Shown here one piece after another: positions 58,837-64,000 of a stretch of DNA of 64,000 nucleotides. This DNA comes from an uncultured Candidatus Saccharibacteria bacterium. GTDB lineage: Bacteria > Patescibacteriota > Minisyncoccia > Phycocordibacterales > DATDWN01. Numbering within the stretch: position 1 is the stretch's first letter; every line of letters begins with the position of its first letter. Where the stretch lies: positions 5,508 to 69,507 of the forward strand of contig CAZQVT010000002.1 in assembly GCA_964596875.1 (NCBI GenBank). Direction: 5' to 3'. Under the pieces are notes generated by a model, which saw only the letters and a list, made by a program, of their open reading frames with translations, was not told where the DNA came from and did no database searches. The translations under genes and the position numbers were made by a program.

Positions 58837-59595
58837 ATGAAAAAACAGAAAAAACTGATTGTGGGGAACTGGAAGATGAATCCGGTTGAAGTAGAAGATG
58901 CCAAAGACATTGTAAGTGCAGTCAAAAGAAGCGCGGCGAAATTAAAGAAAGCCCAAGTGGTTGTTTGTCCTCCATTTGTATACACATCATTATTTACAAA
59001 ATCTAAGGGCACAAACTTTTTCCTTGGTGCACAAAATGCAAACTCTGAAACTTCTGGTTCATATACTGGTGAAGTAAGTTTCTCAATGCTGTATCAGCTT
59101 GGTGTGCGTTTTGTTATCGTTGGACACTCTGAGAGGCGAAAGATGGGGGAAACAGACGAAGTTGTAAACAACAAAGTAAAATCTGTTGTAAACGGAGGTA
59201 TGACAGCGATTGTTTGTATTGGAGAGTCTAATAGAGATCATAACGGAGATTATCTTGAGTTAATCAGAAAACAAATTCACATTGCTTTAACTGATGTTCC
59301 TAAAAAACTCTTACCTCAAGTAGTTATTGCGTATGAACCTGTCTGGGCTATTGGAGCAACGAGTGCTATGTCGCCAAGAGATTTACATGAAATGTATATT
59401 TATATTAAAAAAGTTTTAAACGATATGTTTAGTATCGCAAGTGATGATGTGAGGATCCTTTATGGTGGTTCAGTAGACAGTGTAAATGCAGAAGAACTTA
59501 TGAAAGAGGGAAATGTTTCAGGATTTTTGATTGGAAGGCAGAGTCTGGCACCAAAAGATTTTATAGAAATTATGAAACTAGTAGACCAAAACTAA
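58837..59595 (+). CDS. tpiA: Triosephosphate isomerase
   Basis: GNWKMN, GHSERR, AYEPVWAIG, LYGGSV. Confidence 0.96.
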   Translation: MKKQKKLIVGNWKMNPVEVEDAKDIVSAVKRSAAKLKKAQVVVCPPFVYTSLFTKSKGTNFFLGAQNANSETSGSYTGEVSFSMLYQLGVRFVIVGHSERRKMGETDEVVNNKVKSVVNGGMTAIVCIGESNRDHNGDYLELIRKQIHIALTDVPKKLLPQVVIAYEPVWAIGATSAMSPRDLHEMYIYIKKVLNDMFSIASDDVRILYGGSVDSVNAEELMKEGNVSGFLIGRQSLAPKDFIEIMKLVDQN

Positions 59596-59596
59596 A

Positions 59597-60730
59597 ATGA
59601 AATATCTAAATGACTTAGCAGAAGGGGATTTGAAAGGTAAATACGTGTTACTAAGACTTGATCTAAACGTGCCTATTATAAATGGTGAGGTAAATGACAC
59701 TTTTAGACTAGATAGAGTTATAGATACAGTAGATTTATTGCGAGAGAAAGGCGCGAGAACTATTATTATTTCTCATATAGAAAGTGGCGACAAAACATTA
59801 GTCCCTGTTTGGCATTATCTAAACGGCTTTTTTCCTCTAGAGTTTTCTCCTACATACTTTACTGCTGAATCTATAGAAAAAGTTTCAAAACTAGAAGACA
59901 GAGGGGTGATACTTTTCGAAAACCTTCGAGTAAACCCGGGCGAGAAAGAAAACGATGAAGAGTTTGCAAAAAAACTTTCACAAATGGCGGAGATTTATGT
60001 AAATGATGCTTTCGCAGTTTCACACAGAAAACACGCTTCTATTGTCGGTGTGCCAAAGTTTCTACCATCTTATGCAGGACTTCTTATGCGACAGGAGGTA
60101 GAACACTTGGGAAAAGCCTTTAACCCAGAGCGACCATTTATTTTTATACTTGGCGGAGCAAAGTTTGAAACAAAAATGCCACTCATCACAAAGTTTATCG
60201 GAAAGGCAGATAAAATTTTCCTTGCAGGTGCACTCGCAAACAATATTTTCAAAGAAAGAGGTTTGGAACTTGGGACATCACTTGTTTCAGAAGTTACTGC
60301 GGACTTGCGAGGTATATCTAACAGTGAAAAAGTCGTAACACCAACGGATGTTACTGTAACAAACGGAAACAAAGAAGTAATAAACAGAAGAGATTGTGAA
60401 CTGTTGAAAGACGAGTGCATTGTAGATGTTGGTCAGGAGACTATTCATCAGTTACAAAATTTAGTTAAGGGAAGTAGAACTATTTTGTGGAATGGTCCTT
60501 TGGGAAACTATGAGTTAGGTTTTCAAGATAAGACAGAAGTGCTAGCAAAAATGGTGGCAGATCTTACAAAAAATGAAGGCGTTACTTCTATAGTTGGTGG
60601 GGGAGATACTATTGCTTCGATAAACAAACTTGGCTTAAACGATGATTTCACTTTTATTTCTACTGGAGGCGGTGCGATGTTGGACTACCTGGTGAACGAA
60701 ACCCTCCCCGGTCTGGACGCACTTAAATAA
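59597..60730 (+). CDS. pgk: Phosphoglycerate kinase
   Basis: RLDLNVP, NDAFAVSHR, WNGPLG, GGGDT, STGGGA. Confidence 0.95.
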   Translation: MKYLNDLAEGDLKGKYVLLRLDLNVPIINGEVNDTFRLDRVIDTVDLLREKGARTIIISHIESGDKTLVPVWHYLNGFFPLEFSPTYFTAESIEKVSKLEDRGVILFENLRVNPGEKENDEEFAKKLSQMAEIYVNDAFAVSHRKHASIVGVPKFLPSYAGLLMRQEVEHLGKAFNPERPFIFILGGAKFETKMPLITKFIGKADKIFLAGALANNIFKERGLELGTSLVSEVTADLRGISNSEKVVTPTDVTVTNGNKEVINRRDCELLKDECIVDVGQETIHQLQNLVKGSRTILWNGPLGNYELGFQDKTEVLAKMVADLTKNEGVTSIVGGGDTIASINKLGLNDDFTFISTGGGAMLDYLVNETLPGLDALK

Positions 60731-60742
60731 TTCACTAGAAAA

Positions 60743-60771
60743 ACCGCACACTTGGAGGAGTGTGCGGTTTT
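60743..60771. terminator. Terminator hairpin; left copy of a 29-bp direct repeat
   Basis: ACCGCACACTTGGAGGAGTGTGCGGTTTT, identical at 61500-61528. Confidence 0.85.
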
Positions 60772-60927
60772 ACTATGCTTGACTTTAATGCATATATTGT
60801 GGCATAATTTAGGAGTAGAAGTTCTTTTATTAAGATTAGTGTAGTCATAGCCAAAAGAGGTTTAAGTACAGACACTTTTTGGCTATGACTACATCGTGTG
60901 GTCCGCTAGCACAACCATGGAGGTTGT

Positions 60928-61467
60928 ATGAAGATCAGTGATGTCTCGAAACTCAGGGGACCGCTCGGAGAACTCATGAACCAGCTTCTCGGCCAGAACG
61001 GTGAGGAGCGACTTGCAGAACTCAACCTCTGGCTCAAGCGAGTCGGTGTTGGGATTCTCCTCACCATCGACCGAACTCTGACTGCCGAACAGGCAGTGGA
61101 GAAGACCGGTCGAGTCTGGTGGCACAAGAACCAGGTGGAGCTCGACAACGCTCCAATCTCTGGATCGTTTCAAGTCTCGCTGGAGATCTTCGAGCTCGAC
61201 TACGAGCCGACGCTGGTGGAACTCGACAGAGAGTACGCCTCTCGGGGTCTCAAGCCTGATCTCTCGGCTCTCTCACAGTACATATGCGAGAAGCCGGAAG
61301 CAGCAGACGACAGACCCATCGCTTGCCAGTGGGGTTTCAAGCCCGAAGGTACTGCAGCGTGCGCCGTCTTTAACCGGGGCACCTCGGAGCGCGGTGTGTT
61401 CGTGGACCGCTTCGGCACTCGCTGGGGTCGTCTGTATCGTTTCGCCGGCGTTCGTGAAGTCAAGTAA
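60928..61467 (+). CDS. GC-rich hypothetical protein (islet)
   Basis: GGAGG SD; GC-rich codons; own promoter TTGACT at 60779. Confidence 0.75.
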   Translation: MKISDVSKLRGPLGELMNQLLGQNGEERLAELNLWLKRVGVGILLTIDRTLTAEQAVEKTGRVWWHKNQVELDNAPISGSFQVSLEIFELDYEPTLVELDREYASRGLKPDLSALSQYICEKPEAADDRPIACQWGFKPEGTAACAVFNRGTSERGVFVDRFGTRWGRLYRFAGVREVK

Positions 61468-61499
61468 CACAAGCCCTCAACTATGAGGCAAAATATATG

Positions 61500-61528
61500 A
61501 CCGCACACTTGGAGGAGTGTGCGGTTTT
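61500..61528. terminator. Terminator hairpin; right copy of the 29-bp direct repeat
   Basis: Identical to 60743-60771. Confidence 0.85.
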
Positions 61529-61532
61529 TCGT

Positions 61533-61874
61533 TTATATTTCGTTCAAGTCCTTGTTTTCTGTTGTTTGAAGCTTAAGCGGTATTAGGTGAACATGAACAT
61601 GTGGAACATCTGTGCCAACGATTCCTAATCTAACATAGTCAGCGTCGTAATCATTTTTAAGTTGTAATCCAAGTTTTTTTGCCACCTTAAATAATTCAGT
61701 ATATGTTTCGTCCGGTACATCCAGAAACCATCTATGATGATCTTTGGTTATAAGGAGTGTGTGACCGGGTGCTTTCGGGTGGATATCGAGGAAAGCTATA
61801 GTTTTATCATCCTCATAAGTTTTTTTAGCTGGTATTTCTCCACTTACTATTTTGCAAAATATACAGTCATTCAT
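61533..61874 (-). CDS. HIT-family hydrolase
   Basis: DCIFCKI, PGHTL, HVHVH. Confidence 0.93.
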   Translation of the reverse strand: MNDCIFCKIVSGEIPAKKTYEDDKTIAFLDIHPKAPGHTLLITKDHHRWFLDVPDETYTELFKVAKKLGLQLKNDYDADYVRLGIVGTDVPHVHVHLIPLKLQTTENKDLNEI

Positions 61875-62108
61875 AAACTTTATATTACCACAAAAACCTC
61901 GTTGAACTCATGACTTTTGTGGAACATCGCGGAACCCGTGAAGAGGTGAGTGAGAAAGTCTGGGAGACTTTCGCAAGACCTTGAGCACAAAGTGGCGAAA
62001 GGTGTACAGTTCCTGTAAGGAACGAAGAAATTTGCCAGCAGGCGAATATTCTGTTTCCAGAAAAGTTATGAGGAAAAAGAGGTTGTTTATGTGTGCTAAA
62101 CTATTGGG

Positions 62109-63845
62109 ATGACTAAATACGCTGTACGAAAGCTTATTCCGAAAAAGGCAGACAAAAATCTAGAGGGCTACTCTCCACTTGTGAAATCCCTACTTCACAC
62201 TAGAGGGATAGAAGACTCAGATACAGCAGAGAAGTTTCTAAACCCAAAGTATGAAGACTTGCACGACCCCTTTTTGCTTAAAAATATAGACAAGGCAGTA
62301 GAGAGAATATTGTCGGCGATAAAGACGGATGAAAAGATTGGGATTTTCTCTGACTATGATGCAGATGGTATTCCTGGTGCAGTAGCACTACACGACTTTT
62401 TCAAAAAGATTGGTTTTGATAATTTTATAAACTATATTCCACTTCGAAACGAGGAGGGCTTTGGTCTAAACGACACAGCGATAGAAAATCTTAGAGACCA
62501 GGGAGTAAAACTTGTTATCACGATAGACTGCGGTATTACAGATGTTTCCCAGGTAGAACTTGCAAATAAGTTTGGTATGGATGTGATTATCACCGACCAC
62601 CACTTGCCACATGCAGAAGTTCCAAAAGCATTTGCAATAATAAACCCAAAACAAGAAGGGTGTGAGTATCCAGACAAAATGCTTTGTGGTAGTGGAGTGA
62701 TTTTCAAACTGATCCAAGCACTTATAAAACGTGGAAATGAAACTGGAGTTTTTGAGCTGAAGGATGGTCAGGAAAAGTGGTTTCTAGATATGGTGGGACT
62801 AGCGACACTATCGGATATGGTGCCACTTACAAATGAAAACAGAATTATCTCGTACTACGGAATGAAAGTTTTACAAAGAAGTCCTCGTCCAGGGCTTCAG
62901 AAACTACTTGCACTACTTAAGATAAACCAAAACAAACTTACCGAAGACGATATTGGCTTTATGATAACTCCTCGCATAAACGCAGCGTCTCGTATGGGGG
63001 TGCCACTCGATGCCTTTAAACTACTTTCTACAAAAGACGAGGTGGAGGCTGGGGTTTTGGCAAAACATTTGGATGAAAAAAACAGTGAGAGAAAAGGTGT
63101 GGTGGGAAGTATGATACGAGAGATAAAAAAGAAAATAGAGGACAGGGGGGAGGGTGTTAGAAACGTTTTGGTTTTCGGAAATCCAGAATGGAAACCGTCA
63201 CTATTAGGCCTTGTTGCAAATAGTTTTTCAGATGAACACGCGAGACCATCATTTTTCTGGGGAAGAAACGGCGAAACAGAAAGTGACGGTGGAGTAATAA
63301 AGGGCTCATGTCGAAGTGGTAGCAATATAAATATCGTAAAACTAATGGAGAAAACTAAAGAGTCTTTTGTAGACTATGGAGGGCACCAAGGTGCTGGTGG
63401 GTTCTCAGTCCTTCCGGAAAAAATACACACCTTGGAGGAGGATCTAAACAATGCCTTTCTAGAGCTAGAAAAAACAGGAGAACTATTGGATGAGGAAGAG
63501 GTTTGGGTAGATAAGGTTTTGAGTTTGGATGATGTGAGTTGGAATACTTGGAGAGACTTGGAAAAGTTTGCACCTTTTGGACTAGATAATCCTAAACCAC
63601 TTTTTCTTTTTGAAAATGTAGAGATAGTAAACTCTAAACTTTTTGGTAAAGAAAAAAACCATCTTGAGTTAACTTTTAGAAAAAATGACGGTAAAGAAGT
63701 AAAAGCTATAGCATTTTTTGAAAACGGAGATGGTTACAACGGCAAAGCAAAAACAGGGGAGAAGATAAACCTAGTGGGTCACATAGAAAAGTCCGACTTT
63801 AGAAATTTCCCAGAATTGAGACTGCGAATAGTCGATGTTTACTAA
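62109..63845 (+). CDS. recJ: ssDNA exonuclease RecJ
   Basis: DYDADG, TIDCG, TDHH, PRINAASR, GSCRS, GGH. Confidence 0.95.
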   Translation: MTKYAVRKLIPKKADKNLEGYSPLVKSLLHTRGIEDSDTAEKFLNPKYEDLHDPFLLKNIDKAVERILSAIKTDEKIGIFSDYDADGIPGAVALHDFFKKIGFDNFINYIPLRNEEGFGLNDTAIENLRDQGVKLVITIDCGITDVSQVELANKFGMDVIITDHHLPHAEVPKAFAIINPKQEGCEYPDKMLCGSGVIFKLIQALIKRGNETGVFELKDGQEKWFLDMVGLATLSDMVPLTNENRIISYYGMKVLQRSPRPGLQKLLALLKINQNKLTEDDIGFMITPRINAASRMGVPLDAFKLLSTKDEVEAGVLAKHLDEKNSERKGVVGSMIREIKKKIEDRGEGVRNVLVFGNPEWKPSLLGLVANSFSDEHARPSFFWGRNGETESDGGVIKGSCRSGSNINIVKLMEKTKESFVDYGGHQGAGGFSVLPEKIHTLEEDLNNAFLELEKTGELLDEEEVWVDKVLSLDDVSWNTWRDLEKFAPFGLDNPKPLFLFENVEIVNSKLFGKEKNHLELTFRKNDGKEVKAIAFFENGDGYNGKAKTGEKINLVGHIEKSDFRNFPELRLRIVDVY

Positions 63846-63893
63846 TTTGACAAGTATTTAAAAAAGTTTTAATTTATCGGTAAGGGGAGTGAC

Positions 63894-64000
63894 ATGGCAT
63901 TGTTTCGTTACGCCGTACTTCTGGTGGTCAAGGCAATATTGATCACCTTGGTCTTTCGAGTCCTGGTGGTGGTACTCGGGTATTCGGAGCAGTTCCCGTC
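63894..64000 (+). CDS. Partial GC-rich hydrophobic ORF (start of another islet)
   Basis: TTGACA at 63847, GGGGAG SD, MALFRYAVLLVVKAILITLVFRVLVVVLG... Confidence 0.5.
   Translation, partial: MALFRYAVLLVVKAILITLVFRVLVVVLGYSEQFP

Noticed and set aside
1-64000. Alternative genetic code (UGA=Gly, as in Gracilibacteria)
   Set aside because: Conserved genes are full length in the standard code

Overview
Low-GC bacterial chromosome segment in standard genetic code. Gene content and style point to Patescibacteria/CPR, probably Parcubacteria (inference). It spans the replication origin (dnaN-oriC-dnaA-rpmH-rnpA-yidC), a VirB4/PrgI/VirB6/VirB2-type secretion-like cluster with no relaxase in the window, a type IV pilus locus, four tRNAs without encoded CCA plus a CCA-adding enzyme, and many housekeeping genes. 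The most unusual signals are non-coding: (1) ten ~120-bp imperfect palindromes at gene 3' ends, with covarying stems and a fixed orientation; (2) two tandem 11-6-11 dif-like sites directly upstream of the Xer recombinase gene; (3) a promoter- and terminator-bounded ~290-nt structured RNA candidate; (4) tRNA trailers that fold back on the tRNA 3' end; (5) a parS cluster with one site inside yraN; (6) single-gene GC-rich islets with their own promoter and SD, one flanked by a 29-bp duplicated terminator. All calls come from reading the sequence; no searches or folding programs were run.
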